DNA from: Eledone cirrhosa
Taxonomy: Eukaryota
Length of the DNA: 64,000 nt
NCBI GenBank assembly: GCA_964016885.1
Contig: OZ024743.1
Span: 230,268,001-230,332,000, forward strand
Direction of reading: 5' to 3'
Part shown: in pieces, positions 1 through 12,760 of the stretch
Numbering within the stretch: position 1 is the first letter of the stretch
Layout of the letters: each line of letters begins with the position of its first letter
Notes under the pieces: model-generated
Seen by the model: only the letters and a program-made list of their open reading frames with translations
Database searches by the model: none
Told to the model about the DNA's origin: nothing
Program-made: the position numbers and the translations under genes

Positions 1-1437
1 AAACAACAGAAAGTGAGGAAGAAGGAGACAAGTCCCAAATTTCTATGAATTTAAATTCGGTGAAATCGGGAACGAGAGAATAAAGACCATCAAACCTGGT
101 TGAAATGTGAGCAAGGAAGGAATTTCGCGCACGGTCTAACGGGAGGAAGCAGGGGTCTTGTCTGCGAATTTGGTAAACATAAGTTCTGTGAAATCGTAGA
201 CGAGAGAGAGAAAAAAATACCGACCAGCTTGGCCGAGCGTGCGAGAGAAAAGAATTACGCACAGGTCAAACGGGAAGAAAGAGGAGGAGGAGAGGTAGTG
301 ACCGAAATGAGTGACTGAAGGGTGAGGAAGAGGCTAACAGAGAGAGAGACTGCTAGAAAGGGTAAAGATACATAGAACGAAAAAGACGCGTAGCAGCAGA
401 GGAAAAGATATGTGTAAATATGATAATAAGGGCGCTGCGGAGTTGCAAATGGGTTACATATGAAAAAAGTTTGCCTTCATCAGTGATCTTCCAACCATCA
501 TAGGCATTTCATCGCTTTAAAGACCATATACCTCCGGTTGGTGCGAGCAACGGCTAAAAAAAGTCGTTGGGACACGTAAATAAAGGGGATGCGAGTGTAA
601 ACAAACAAAATGGCGAAGCAACAGAAAGTGAGGAAGAAGGAGTCAAGACCCAAATTTCTATTAATTAAAATTCGGTGGAATCGTGAACGAGAGAATAAAG
701 ACCATCAAACCTGGTTGAAATGTGAGCAAGGAAGGAATTTCGCACAGGTCTAACGGGAGGAAGAAGGGGTCTGGTCTGCGAATTCGGTAAACATAAGTTC
801 TGTGAAATCGTAGACGAGAGAGAGAAAAAATTCCGACCAGCTTGGCTGAGCTTGCGAGAGAAAAGAATTACGCACAGGTCAAACGGGAAGAAAGAGGAGG
901 AGGAGAGGTAGTGACCGAAAATGAGTGACTGAAGGGTGAGGAAGAGGCTAACAGAGAGAGAGACTGCTAGAAAGGGTAAAGATACATAGAACGAAAAAGA
1001 CGCGTAGCAGCAGAGGAAAAAATATGTGTAAATATGATAATAAGGGCGCTGCAGAGTTGCAAATGGGTTACATATGAAAAAAGTTTGCCTTCATCAGTGA
1101 TCTTCCAACCATCATAGGCATTTCATCGCTTTAAAGACCATATACCTCCGGTTGGTGCGAGCAACGGCTAAAAAAAGTCGTTGGGACACGTAAATAAAGG
1201 GGATGCGAGTGTAAACAAACAAAATGGCGAAGCAACAGAAAGTGAGGAAGAAGGAGACAAGTCCCAAATTTCTATGAATTTAAATTCGGTGAAATCGTGA
1301 ACGAGAGAACAAAGACCATCAAACCTGGTTGAAATGTGAGCAAGGAAGGAATTTAGCACAGGTCTAACGGGACGAAGAAGGGGTCTGGTCTGCGAATTCG
1401 GTAAACATAAGTTCTGTGAAATCGTAGACGAGAGAGA

Positions 1438-1440
<3 letters not shown>
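1..1440 (-). repeat. Family A tandem array (~614-bp period, ~2.3 units, runs off window start); probable non-autonomous PLE/retrozyme-like element
   Basis: Anchor catcagtgatcttcc recurs at 478 and 1092. Homologous copies lie at 4396, 8666, 14821 and 44101. The array ends in a (TA)n tract. Confidence 0.85.
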
Positions 1441-1753
<313 letters not shown>

Positions 1754-2213
1754 GGCAAAATGGACGTTTGTCATATAAAGAAAGGAGAATACATCAATTC
1801 TACACACATCACGGAAACAAGACGCCAACAGATGTGTCTAAGCCATAGATAGATATTGGAGGGCGGTGCTGGTCCATCAAAATGTCACCTTTTCAAATGC
1901 TGTGTACAGTAGAATTAGATGCACGCATCCTACGCGCACAATCAATAAGGGTTCTCAATGCCAGAAATAATAGTTAAATCCCATTTAAGATTTAGTAAAA
2001 ATTGCGTGACCTTTTTTGTGCTTTCCTATTTCGGACGAAACCCGGGGGTTTTCTCGGTATCAGTTAAAAGTACATAAATACCTAGGTGACGATAATTCAT
2101 TGCAAAGTAAATTCACAGCTGCCAATAATACTCATTTTTCAGCATAATGAAAAGTAACGTCTCGCCCTAGGCCAGAGCGCGCTGCAGGGAATAGAACTCA
2201 CCATCTTATGATC

Positions 2214-2263
<50 letters not shown>

Positions 2264-2505
2264 TTATATAATTCTAAACGCGCAATGGTTGTGTTAGTTT
2301 CTGAGTTCAAATTCTACCGAGGCCATTTTTTTTTCCTTTCCTTTAGTCGTAGCAAGTTTGTTGAAATACATACTACCGGTCAAGTAGTAAGGTGTCTTAA
2401 TTTGTTACACCCTCTGAATTTAACTTGCGCAATGGATAAACAGAAATAAAGTCATAGAACTAATGAAACACAAACTGAGTCACATTCTTTTAAAATCGAT
2501 ATTAA

Positions 2506-2695
2506 ATATTTGTTTCTACTTTTTGGCACAATGCCAGCAATTACCCAGTGCATTACTGGTACTTTATTTTATCGGCCCCGTAAGGATAAAAGACAAAGTT
2601 GACCTCGGTGGGATTCGAACTCAGAAACGCAAGGGCCGTAACTCTATGCGTGAAAGCATAGCGTCCGACCCTCTACTGATACTGCCTATCCACTT
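2506..2695 (-). mobile_element. tRNA-derived SINE (family S1)
   Basis: Minus strand reads an A-box-like tggcagtatc(g/a)gtag, B-box gagttcgaatccc, a central gcctttcatcc..gggg.cgataaaataaagtacc domain (Meta-SINE-like) and tail ..gtagaaacaa. Confidence 0.85.
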
Positions 2696-2934
2696 GGATA
2701 TTAAATAATGGATATTAAATAATGGTTTCTGATTTTCAATAATAAGTTCACGGTGCAATATGACTAATTTAATAAAAATGAATATGATTGTAGGTTTGCT
2801 CAATTACGGTTGAGCTCGGGCTGAATGTGTGTTAGATCGGCTTTGGTTGCGATGACGTGTTTAACATTTCTTTATCCTTTTACTTTTTAATACTCTTTTG
2901 AAGATTGAGTGGAAGGTAGCAGTTTAAAATAAAT

Positions 2935-3003
2935 TGTCTTGCTCAAGGACACGACATGCTACCAGGAATCGATTTCACGGGCATATGATAGTGAGCCGAA
3001 CTC
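2935..3003 (-). mobile_element. Degenerate second SINE family (S2) head
   Basis: cttgctcaaggacac..caggaatcga..atgatagtgag motif; related pieces at ~2150-2212, 55680-55750 and 56180-56300. Confidence 0.45.
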
Positions 3004-3361
3004 AAAATCTTTTTAAATTAAAGAATTAATCACCCATCAGTCATTAAACACCGATCCTTAATTCGGACTATTTTATCATATAATTCAATCACACAATGGT
3101 TAAACATGTGTAACGGTTATATGGAAATAGAGTCATAGGAATATCAGAGAGAAAGTCAGAATGTTTTCAAATATATATTTGAGACACAAAATACCTGAAA
3201 TGATAATAAAAATATTCATCTAGAATTTCTACGATGATAGATCTGCTCGCTCATGACTATTCTGAGACTAAGTAATCTAAACCTTTTAATCTTTGACACA
3301 ATGTCAGTTCAGTAAATTTCCGGGACTCTGATAGAAGCGAGATTAATTAATTCTAGAGCTC

Positions 3362-3510
3362 TCGTGGCAGGCCCTGTTACAGATAGCTTCATATCATTAG
3401 GGAAGATCCCCGGAGGCTCGACATCACCTTGGTGAATGCAGAGGAGCTAGCACGGAACCGCCAGCGATGTAAAGTGCAGGTGACCCTGGTCGGCACTACG
3501 CAGGACGATG
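3362..3510 (+). pseudogene. RTE-clade LINE C-terminal fragment
   Basis: Translates RGRPCYR*LHIIREDPRRLDITLVNAEELARNRQRCK, matching the RGRP..W.D.I..D....AE.LA.DR..W RTE tail motif. Confidence 0.6.
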
Positions 3511-3569
3511 CTTTAGGATTGCTGGTTTAGGATGACCCCAGCCTCGTCGAGCAAGAGCAAGAAGAATAA

Positions 3570-3705
3570 TTGATTTGTACTTTGTTTTATCGACGGCGTA
3601 AGGATGAAAGGGAAAGGTCAACATGGCGACATTCGAACTCAAATCTCAAAAAGCCGTTATAAATACCGCGGAGAATTTCATCCTGTACACTAACTCTGCC
3701 AATCC
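3570..3705 (-). mobile_element. SINE S1, partial
   Basis: tactttgttttatcgacggcgtaaggatgaaagg..attcgaactc..ctgccaatcc. Confidence 0.7.
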
Positions 3706-4349
3706 ACAACAACCGTCAGAACGGGAATAACACAACAACTCTCATGTTACAATAAAAAAAAGTGTACCGGGAGTCATGACAGGCAGGAGGGTTTCAATAA
3801 GATGTATCTTTAAAAACAAGATAGATCTCAAAAGTAGATATCGTTTATTCTTTCGTCCTCTCTCTTTTTTTTTTTTTTTTTTTCATCTATTAGTGTTTAT
3901 CTTCTTTCCAATTAAATTTTCAATGAGTTCACTTATTGTCACCCGGAGCTTGATTTTTCGTATTCAATAGTGGAAATCCTGCATTAGTAAGCTACATTGA
4001 CATTGAATATATGGGTCGGCTGAGAAGTGTAGCATCTGATATTTATATGTGTTGCTTACAGAAGAATCTTGTCTACAACAATTCTTGATTGGAGAGTCTT
4101 AACATAGTGACTAGACATTTATAGTGTATAGTGCTTCACTGGGTAAATACATGAGTGTGTAAATATTATTAGCATAGATACAGTAAGCAGTTTTAATTGG
4201 ATAAACACACGGTGTGCAGATATTGATAGGATAAAATATATTACCCAATATTAGAGAGGATACTTCAGCAAGCAAACTTAAATTTACGTTAAACTAGATT
4301 GATATCGTATGCTTATGCTGACTGCGCAGATAAGATCTTCTCCTGTTGA

Positions 4350-4395
<46 letters not shown>

Positions 4396-4398
<3 letters not shown>

Positions 4399-5029
4399 TA
4401 AAGTTAGTCCTTCATCAGTGATCTTCCAACCATCATTGGTATTTCATCGCTTTAAAGACCATATACCTCCGGTTGGTACGAGCATCGGCTAAATAAAGTC
4501 GTTGGGACACGTAAATAAAGGGGACACGAGAGTGTAAACAAACAAAGATGGTGAAGCAACGAAAAGTGAGGAAGAACGAGTCAAGTCCCAAATTTCCATG
4601 AATATGAGTTCGGTGAAATCGTGAACGAGAGAGAATAAAGACCATCAAACCTGGTTGGAATGTGAGCAAGGGAGGAATTCCGTACAGGTCTAACGTGAGG
4701 AAGAAGGAATCTAGTCTGTGAATTCGGTGAACATAAGTTCTGTGAAATCGTAGACGAGAGAGAGAAAAAAGGCGAACCAGCCTGACCAGACCAAGCGTGC
4801 GAAAGAAAAGAATTACACACAGGTCAAACGGGAAGAAGGAGGAGGAGGAGAGGTAGTAACAGAGAGTGAGTGAGTGAAGGGTGAGGAAGAAGCTAACAGA
4901 GAGAGTGACTGTTAGAGAGAGTAAAATACAGAGAAAGAGGAAGCAGTAAGAACGAAATAGACGGGTCATAGCGGGGGAAAAAAATATGTGGAAATATGAG
5001 AATAAACGTGCTGCGTGGTTGCAAATGGG

Positions 5030-5031
<2 letters not shown>
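4396..5031 (-). repeat. Family A monomer between two (TA)n tracts
   Basis: Homologous to the 1-1440 unit, including ccttcatcagtgatcttccaacc. Confidence 0.85.
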
Positions 5032-5083
<52 letters not shown>

Positions 5084-6295
5084 CTTTATAGCTGTATATA
5101 TATATATACAGTACAGAAGTAACACAGACAATTTAAATATATATAGGAATTTACATATTCAGTATATAGACACGCAGACACAACAAATATTTAATAGATT
5201 GTTTAACCTTTTGGGGTTCTCATCAGTATATATGTATATCTGAACAACCAGAAGGGCCGTCTTTGTCACTCAGTATTATGCTGAATCACAATAAGAATAG
5301 CATTAACGTTGCAGATGTCTGATAAATTCTCAGCCTCTTGTATACCAATATCACTATCAGGTTGTTCTTTCTTTCGAATAACTGCAAGACTCGTCGACAA
5401 AACTGACGGTGGTACAGCAAGCTATATGTGAATATGTGTAAAACATGAAACATTATAACATTTCATGAAAAGGTTTGAGAAACCATAATTTCGTGATTTT
5501 ACCAGGAAATTGATAATTAAACAATGGTATTTATAAATGTTCTTTTTCTTTGATTTTAGTGTCTGTCTGTTTATTGAGCTTGAATCTCCTGAGTAGTAAC
5601 GAAGAAACAAAATTCAAGTTTACGAGAACATTCATTTGTGTAATGCAAATGTTTTAAAAAAAATTGAATATATTACATCGGCAAAAAGAACCTGTAAGAT
5701 AGTGAGTCAAACTTTTTTAGGTGATAAGACTGTCACACATCATTAATAAGAAAAGGGAGTGTGAATGTAATCAATACCTGTAACGTTGGAACTTTCTTCG
5801 CCTTTTCTCTCTCATTTTCCTCGATCCTATACTCCAGCAGGTCCTTCCACAACAGGTCCTTTGGAACGTGGCTTTGCGAGGTATACGAAGCACGTATACA
5901 CCTATTGCCAATACTTCCACGATTCCCCAAGACTTGCCGCAGTGTGAATATTTGTTCGCGTCCGGGGAGAAAGCCAACTGTTCTTCAGCTAGCTTGGATA
6001 CAAACGATGTCTATCCCATATATACAAGCAGTGGGGAAGGTTATGAGTCTACACCACAGTCACTTATGGGATTGTTTCCGCCCGGTTAATGAAATTTACC
6101 GCAGGTAAGACCTGTGTTAATATAGAAATATTATCTCGCTGACTCATGTGTGCTGGGTGGCCTGGATCACTGGAAAGGCACCTAAGCTCTATATATTTGT
6201 TGTGTCTGCGTGTCTATATACTGAATATGTAAATTCCTATATATATTTAAATTGTCTGTGTTACTTCTGTACTATATATATATATACAGCTATAA

Positions 6296-6363
<68 letters not shown>

Positions 6364-6702
6364 CCCATTTGCAACCACGCAGCCCTACATCTCTCTGCTA
6401 GATACTTAGCATAGACTATACCAGGGATGCTTAACAAAGAGATCCCTCTATAGATGAAGCAATCTCTCTCGTCTTTCGTTTTGAAAATTGGGTTTATAAC
6501 TCATGATTGCTAGAGCTTAGGTGCCTTTCCAGTGATCCAGGCCACCCAGCACACATGAGTCAGCGAGATAATATTTCTATATTAACACAGGTCTTACCTG
6601 CGGTAAATTTCATTAACCGGGCGGAAACAATCCCATAAGTGACTGTGGTGTAGACTCATAACCTTCTCCACTGCTTGTATATATGGGATAGACATCGTTT
6701 GT
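5011..6702. repeat. Interleaved inverted duplications (5011-5190 / 6191-6382 and 5999-6190 / 6511-6702)
   Basis: Reverse-complement matches are readable base by base, e.g. cacgcagacacaacaaatat / atatttgttgtgtctgcgtg and ccagtgatccaggccacccagc / gctgggtggcctggatcactgg. Confidence 0.9.
5820..6010 (-). pseudogene. Decayed non-LTR (RTE-like) reverse transcriptase fragment
   Basis: Frame-shifted translation SKLAEEQ / GFLPGR EQIFTLRQVL / VYTCFVYLAK / HVPKDLLWKDLLEY matches RT QxGFRxGR..DQIF.LRQ..F.D..KA.D.V....LW..L. Confidence 0.7.
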
Positions 6703-7354
6703 TTTACTTTAGTCATGGCCGAAATGACTTGATCAACCAATAGTTTATTCATCCAGAGTTAACCTGTTACTAAATAAAAATCGAAGCTATATGCCACTGA
6801 TGGAGTCTCTATGTGGCCGCTTTGTGTGGTAGAAATATTCCTTAAAATATGCCCAAACCTAGTTGTAGTTACGATTGGAGTGCTTTAACCATATTTAAGA
6901 TAGATCGTACTTCATTGTACTAAACAACTTTGAATTGACAATATTCTGCATTTGAGAGTGTTAAGTGTCTTAACCAGTAAGCCAATGATCAAAACTTTAT
7001 CATCAACAATACACATACCATAACTGCATCCATGCATGATGTTTCTCAGACATGATTTTAAAAGATTGGTGTAGAACATCCACTCTCCTGGTCTGAACAC
7101 AGTGTATTTCTTCCAGAGAAGGAGAGAGAGAGAGAGAAAGAGAGTAAGAGAGAAAGTTAGAAAGAGAAAGAATTGAGTACAGTATTTGACTGGTACACTT
7201 GACCTCGGTGGAATTTAAACTTAGTATTCAGAGAACTAAAACAAATCCTGCAAACTATTGTAGCCGATGTCCAAATGATTGAGCATTAATACGCCATCTC
7301 TTTTAACTTCATAAAGGATTTAAATAATTAATTAGGTATTTAATGGTCACTATA

Positions 7355-7399
<45 letters not shown>

Positions 7400-7484
7400 T
7401 AAGTTATTCCGGGTTGAATCGGAGGTAACCACAGTAAGTAAGGTACACAATACACAGCAGAGTGTACAAGTTTTAATATAGATG

Positions 7485-7535
7485 AGATTCTACAGGACTA
7501 GAACTGTTTCATTCTTTAGAAATCATCAGGAATCT
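7485..7535 (-). ncRNA. Type I hammerhead ribozyme in PLE-type terminal repeat (7397-7560)
   Basis: Minus strand: agattc-CTGATGA-tttctaaagaat-GAAA-cag ttctagtc ctg-TA|gaatct. Stem I is 6 bp, stem III is ACAG/CTGT, and the site is GUA. Confidence 0.8.
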
Positions 7536-7974
7536 GATTTTCAAAAAATAAATGTAGTGGCATTTATATCTGTTCAGGTGGTAGGAGAGGGTGGGGAGTG
7601 GGATGGGTGGAGGTCATTGGTTGAAAGAAAAGGGAATTCATTAAAAGCTAATTTTTTAAGTCTATAGTTTATATTTAGAGTGACAAAGGCAGAAAGGTTC
7701 TATAAACAGGTTCAGAATGGGGGTGCCACTCCTTATTTTTAAGTTTCTTTTAAGCTAACAATGCCTATATTTCAGGTGTCTATAAGGTTGTTGTGGGTCG
7801 GTCATGGTTGATGGATTTAAAGCAAAGGGAAATTCTTTAAAAGCTAATTCTTTAAAGCTCTACTTAGAGTGACGAAGGCCAGGAGAATTCTATAAACCAG
7901 TTCAAAATATTGGGTGTCTATCATTATTGTCATATTTCTCTTAAGCTGTATTCCAGGTCTCAGCAGACACATGA

Positions 7975-8300
7975 TACACACACATGATTGCAACAACAAA
8001 AAGACTTACATTCGCATGATTTCCAATAACTTTAAGGCCCATACCCACTCCTTCAGAGGACCGGACAAATCAAACCAGACAACCCTCGCCTCCTATGTTT
8101 GGGACGTGAAAAGGAACTCCACCCCTTCACGCTTAAATGGAAAATACCCGCTCATACAACCGAGGACACAAGTGCTGCGACCTTTGTATCTCAGAGAGCT
8201 ACGAAATTTTATTCGCCAAGGGCTTGCTACTGAACAAACTCTCTGAACACTGCCCGAACTGCATACACAAACACTTTGCAACTTTCAAATACATTAAGCC
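7975..8300 (+). pseudogene. PLE GIY-YIG endonuclease C-terminal remnant (similar to element at 33978)
   Basis: KKTYIRMISNNFKAHTHSFR..TTLASYVWDVK and SYNRGHKCCDLCISESYEIL..LLNKLSEHCPNCIHKH align with RAYIGITANRFK..HTHYFR..TSLSAYIWSLK..CDLCAAEALEIL..CKHK. Confidence 0.8.
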
Positions 8301-8665
8301 AGTGTTAATGCCCGATGGCTAAAAACGGCTCCCCCCCACTTTTTTTTTAAACGCCAGCCGACAAAATAGACCCTCTACCTCCTTCCCACCCCACCCCTAC
8401 CCCTCCTCAACACGGCTCTATATTTATGTAAGTACCTCTTACCTATCTGCATTTTCTGCTTGTAGAGCTGTTTTTATGTGCCTGTGTATATGTGTATATT
8501 TATGAGTACATATGTGTATGTATTTGTATGAGTGGCCGTTCGCGTGTATGCATATCGCTATGTGTACGCGCGTTCACATGTACCTGCATTTGGGCATGTT
8601 TGTGTATGTCTGTGTGTGTATATATATATATGTATATATATATGTGTATGTATATATATATATAT

Positions 8666-9640
8666 GCTACTCCCTCTCCTACTTCCTCCCGTTTCAACTG
8701 TGCGAGATTCTTTTCTAACTCACACTTCGACCAGGTCGGATGGTCTGTATTCTCTATCGTCTACGATTTCACAGAACTTATGTTCATCGATTTCAGGGAC
8801 TTGACTCCTTCTTCCTCCCGTTTGAACTGTGCGAAATTCTTTCCTTACTCACATTTCGACCAGGTAGGATGGTCTTTATTCTCTCTCGTCCACGATTTCA
8901 CAGAACTTATGTTCCTCGATTCCAGGGACTTGACTCCTTCTTCCTAACTTTTCGTTGCATTACCATCTTTGTTTGTTTACTGTCTCGCTCGTTCCCCCTA
9001 TTTACGTGTCCCAACGACTTTCTTTAGCCGCTGCTCGCACCAACCAGAGGTATATGGTCTTTAAAGCGATGAAATACCAATGAAGGCTGGAATATCACTG
9101 ATGAAGGACTAAATTTATTCATATGTAATCCATTTGCAACCATGCAGCACGCCATGTTTTCATATTTTTCATATATATTTTCCTCCGCTGTGACCCGTCT
9201 GTTTCTTTCTTACTGCTTCCCCTTTTCTCTCTATCTCTCACTTCATTTTACCCCCTCTACCAGTCACTCTCTCTGTTAGGCTCTTCCTCACACTTTCACA
9301 CACTCACTCTCTGCTACTCCCTCTCCTACTTCCACCCGTTTGACCTGTGCGAGATTCTTTCCTCACTCAAACTTCGACCAGATCGGATGGTCATTATTCT
9401 CTCTCGTCTACGATTTCACAGAACATATGTTCATCGATTTCAGGGACTTGACTCCTTCTTTCTCAGTTTTCGTTGCATTACCATCTTTGTTTGTTTACAG
9501 TCTCGCTCGTTCCCCTTATTTACGTGTCCCAACGACTTTCTTTAGCCGTTACTCACACCAACCAGAGGTGTATGGTCTTTAAAGCGATGAAATACCAATG
9601 AAGGCTGGAAGATCACTAATGAAGGACTACATTTATTCAT
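8666..9640 (+). repeat. Family A tandem copy (~520-bp period, first unit with ~120-bp internal duplication)
   Basis: tatggtctttaaagcgatgaaataccaatgaagg at ~9052 and ~9570; flanked by TA-rich microsatellite. Confidence 0.85.
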
Positions 9641-9658
9641 ATATATATATATATATGT

Positions 9659-9736
<78 letters not shown>

Positions 9737-9737
9737 G

Positions 9738-9806
<69 letters not shown>

Positions 9807-10308
9807 ATGTGTGTGTATATGTATATATATATATATGTATATATGTATATATATATATGTGTATATGTATATGTGTATGTGTGTGTATGTGTATATGTAT
9901 GTATGTATACATCGTATACCTTCCCGCCATATGGTTGAACGTCTGAAAGTATATACTTTCCAATGCATATTAACGGCTGTGCAGCCTAATTTGCACATCG
10001 AGTGAGTACAGTCGGCCGGGCGCACGGAAAACGATAAATGGAATAGAATGAAACGAAATTTCATTTCTCACTCTTAGTACGGCACTTACTTAAATGTAAG
10101 TATGTATGTATACGTACATACATATATGTAAACAGACGTACAGTAATATGTATATATATATACATTTCGTTTCATTCTATTCCATTCATCGTTTTCGGCG
10201 CGCCCGGCCGACTGAACTCACTGGATATGCAAATTAGGCTGCTCAGCCGTTAATATGCATAAGGAAAGTATATACTTTCAGACGTTCAACCATCTGGCAG
10301 GAAGGTAT

Positions 10309-10351
10309 ACGATGCTGACGATAGCTAATAAGCTTGAAACTAGTACATCGT
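10309..10351 (+). ncRNA. Minimal type I hammerhead ribozyme
   Basis: acgatg-CTGACGA-tagctaataagctt-GAAAC-ta-GTA|catcgt. Stem I is a perfect 6 bp and helix III is the palindrome ACTAGT; predicted cleavage after 10345. Confidence 0.9.
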
Positions 10352-10748
10352 TCTTGTGTCAGTGTTGAACAAAAAGGTGACGTTGTTGCCTAAACACTGT
10401 ACGGCGTAATTCGGGCTGTTTGTTTGTTTACAAACAAACCGAGTATTATACTAAATGTTCGGTAAACCGATACGTGCATATATATATGTGTGCATGTATG
10501 TATATATATACATACTACTGTACGTCTGTATACATATATGTATGTACGTATACATACATACGTACTTACATTTAAGTAAGTGCCGTACTAAGAGTGAGAA
10601 ATGAAATTTCGTTTCATTCTATTCCATTTATCGTTTTCGCTGCGCCCGGGACTGAACTCACTCGATATGCAAGTTAGGCTGCTCAGCCGTTAATATGCAT
10701 AAGGAAAGTATATACTTTCAGACGTTCAACCATCTGGCAGGAAGGTAT

Positions 10749-10791
10749 ACGATGCTGACGATAGCTAATAATCTTGAAACTAGTACATCGT
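10749..10791 (+). ncRNA. Minimal type I hammerhead ribozyme (second tandem unit)
   Basis: Same as 10309 with one stem II change (aatctt); predicted cleavage after 10785. Confidence 0.85.
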
Positions 10792-11060
10792 TCCTGTGTC
10801 AGTGTTGAACAAAAAGGTGACGAGGTTTCCTAAATACTACGGCGTAATTCGGGCTGTTTGTTTGTTTACAAACAAACCGAGCATTATAATAAATATTCGG
10901 TAAACCGATACGTGCATATATATATATATGTGTGCATGTATGTATATATATACATACTACTGTACGTCTGTATACATATATATATGTACGTATACATACA
11001 TACATACTTACATATATATATATGTATGTATGTATATATGTATATGTATGTATGTGTATA

Positions 11061-11311
11061 GCGGGTCCGGGTATGATTTTACATTCATTTAAATTATTGA
11101 TTTATTGATTTATTGATATTTTTTATCTGATTGTCCCGAATCTTCTATTATCGATTTTTTTATCGTATGGTTGATTTTAGACTTGTTCTATGTGTGACGG
11201 TATTTTAACGATAGTTATAGCTCTGATTCATCTGAATTATTGAGCCCTCTACCGCTCATTTCGAATTTTGTTTATCGTGAACTCGTGCGCCGATTTTTCG
11301 ATACTCGATCA

Positions 11312-11318
<7 letters not shown>
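11061..11318. repeat. Dispersed repeat in (TA)n; diverged inverted copy at ~39420-39630
   Basis: gttatagctctgattcatctgaattattgagc vs reverse complement of gctcaatgattcagatgaaccagagctataac. Confidence 0.6.
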
Positions 11319-11394
<76 letters not shown>

Positions 11395-11399
11395 ATATG

Positions 11400-11430
<31 letters not shown>

Positions 11431-11592
11431 GTGTGTATATATATGTGTATATATATATGTATATATGTAGGAGGTGAGTTTTATTGTAGCACAATAAAGC
11501 AATGCAAATTTCGGATAAATAGCACTCTACAGTTTATAGGACTGGTGTATAAATAATATAAGATCAAAAGATGGTTAAAAGAGTTCCAAGTT

Positions 11593-11659
11593 TTTTATTA
11601 TGCGCATTTCAAAAACAAATATCATCATAGGATGATATCTGCGTTCTCATCAGATAAAA
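11593..11659 (-). ncRNA. Type I hammerhead ribozyme (family D)
   Basis: Minus strand: ttttat-CTGATGA-gaacgcagatatcatcctatgatgatatttgttttt-GAAA-tgcgca-TA|ataaaa, with a long stem II and palindromic helix III ATGCGCAT. Confidence 0.8.
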
Positions 11660-12342
11660 TAGGGAGACATGCTATGAAGCTTAAAAAACACTTGTGAGCA
11701 GTGAAGTTTTAAATCAACATATGGAAAAATAAAGTAAGAAGGATATATGAGATTGGGAAAAAAATGAGGGGGTGTGGAAAAGGTAAGGAAGAGGAAAGAA
11801 AGAAAATAAAGGATGGTGGGGGAGGAGTATAAGAAGGAAGGAGGAGAGAGGAGGAGAAATGAGTGATAGAGAGAGAGAGTGAAATAGGCTTTACAACTGA
11901 GAAAACATTGTCTCACAGAGATAAACTAAAAAACCGTTGGAAGATAATAGATAATTGAAAAAGATTTTGAAATTAAAAGTTAATGAGGTTTATGGATGTT
12001 GATGTTTATGATAGTATTAATTTAGATTTATGTATTGAAGTGTTTAATAATATGTGCGAAAAAAAGAGAAGTTATTAATATGTATTATTAAAATAAAAAT
12101 ATTAATGATATTAAGGATATAATGTGAAAAAAGGAGAAGAATAAATGAATTATGAACTTAGAGGAATTAGTCACGGTTTACCTTTGTTTTTATGTATTGT
12201 AATATGTAAAAGTAAATAGTAGGTTTAAAACAAGCACGGAAGGAGAGAAGAAAAAAAGGGTATTTAAGGAAGAAAAAATATCTAACGTCAGAATGTATAT
12301 ATGTTTACAAACATTTTCTAAGGGTAATATTATTATATATAA

Positions 12343-12530
12343 AAGGGCGGTGGATTGGCAGTATCGGTAGCGGGTCGGACGCCATGCTTTCCAGCATAGT
12401 TACGTCCCTTTACGATCTGAGTTCAAATCTCGCCGAGGTTGACTTTGCCTTTCATCCTTAGGGGGTCGATAAAATAAAGTACCAGTAATGTACTGGATAA
12501 TTGCTGGCCTTGTGCCTAAAGTAGAAACAA
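12343..12530 (+). mobile_element. SINE S1, full length with target-site duplication
   Basis: A/B boxes (tggcagtatcggtag; gagttcaaatctc); aatattattatatataaaa flanks both sides. Confidence 0.9.
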
Positions 12531-12574
12531 TATTATTATATATAAAAAAATATATAGTTTCTATGGCCAATAAT

Positions 12575-12760
12575 TGTTTCTACTTTTTGGCACAAGGCCA
12601 GCAATTACCCAGTGTATTACTGGTACTTTATTTTATCGACCCCGTAAGGATGAAAGGCAAAGTTAACCTCGGCGGGATTTGAACTCAGAATGGCAAGGAC
12701 CGTAACTCTATGCGTCAAAGCATGGCGTCCGACCCTCTACCGATACTGTCAATCCACCGA
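12575..12760 (-). mobile_element. SINE S1, full length with 16-bp TSD
   Basis: ttctatggccaataat at 12559-12574 and 12761-12776. Confidence 0.9.

Larger units (their letters stand above)
9906..11020 (+). mobile_element. Family C: tandem ~440-bp hammerhead-bearing units preceded by an inverted partial copy (retrozyme-like / PLE pLTR)
   Basis: Unit repeats at 10163 and ~10604; 9906-10160 is the reverse complement; flanked by TA-rich tracts. Confidence 0.85.

Noticed and set aside
1-1440. CRISPR-like or prokaryotic repeat array
   Set aside because: Units are hundreds of bp with no unique spacers; eukaryotic context and no cas genes.
4433-4969. 178-aa ORF and similar ORFs at 8492-9582 and 44199
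   Set aside because: Lies in repeat family A; the frame is not conserved between copies.
5190-5235. Minus-strand CTGATGA-gaacc..ggtt-AAAC
   Set aside because: The G of GAAA is missing and there is no helix III or stem I; at best a decayed ribozyme.
12343-12435. Functional tRNA gene
   Set aside because: A/B boxes are present but there is no cloverleaf; it is the head of a multicopy SINE with TSDs.
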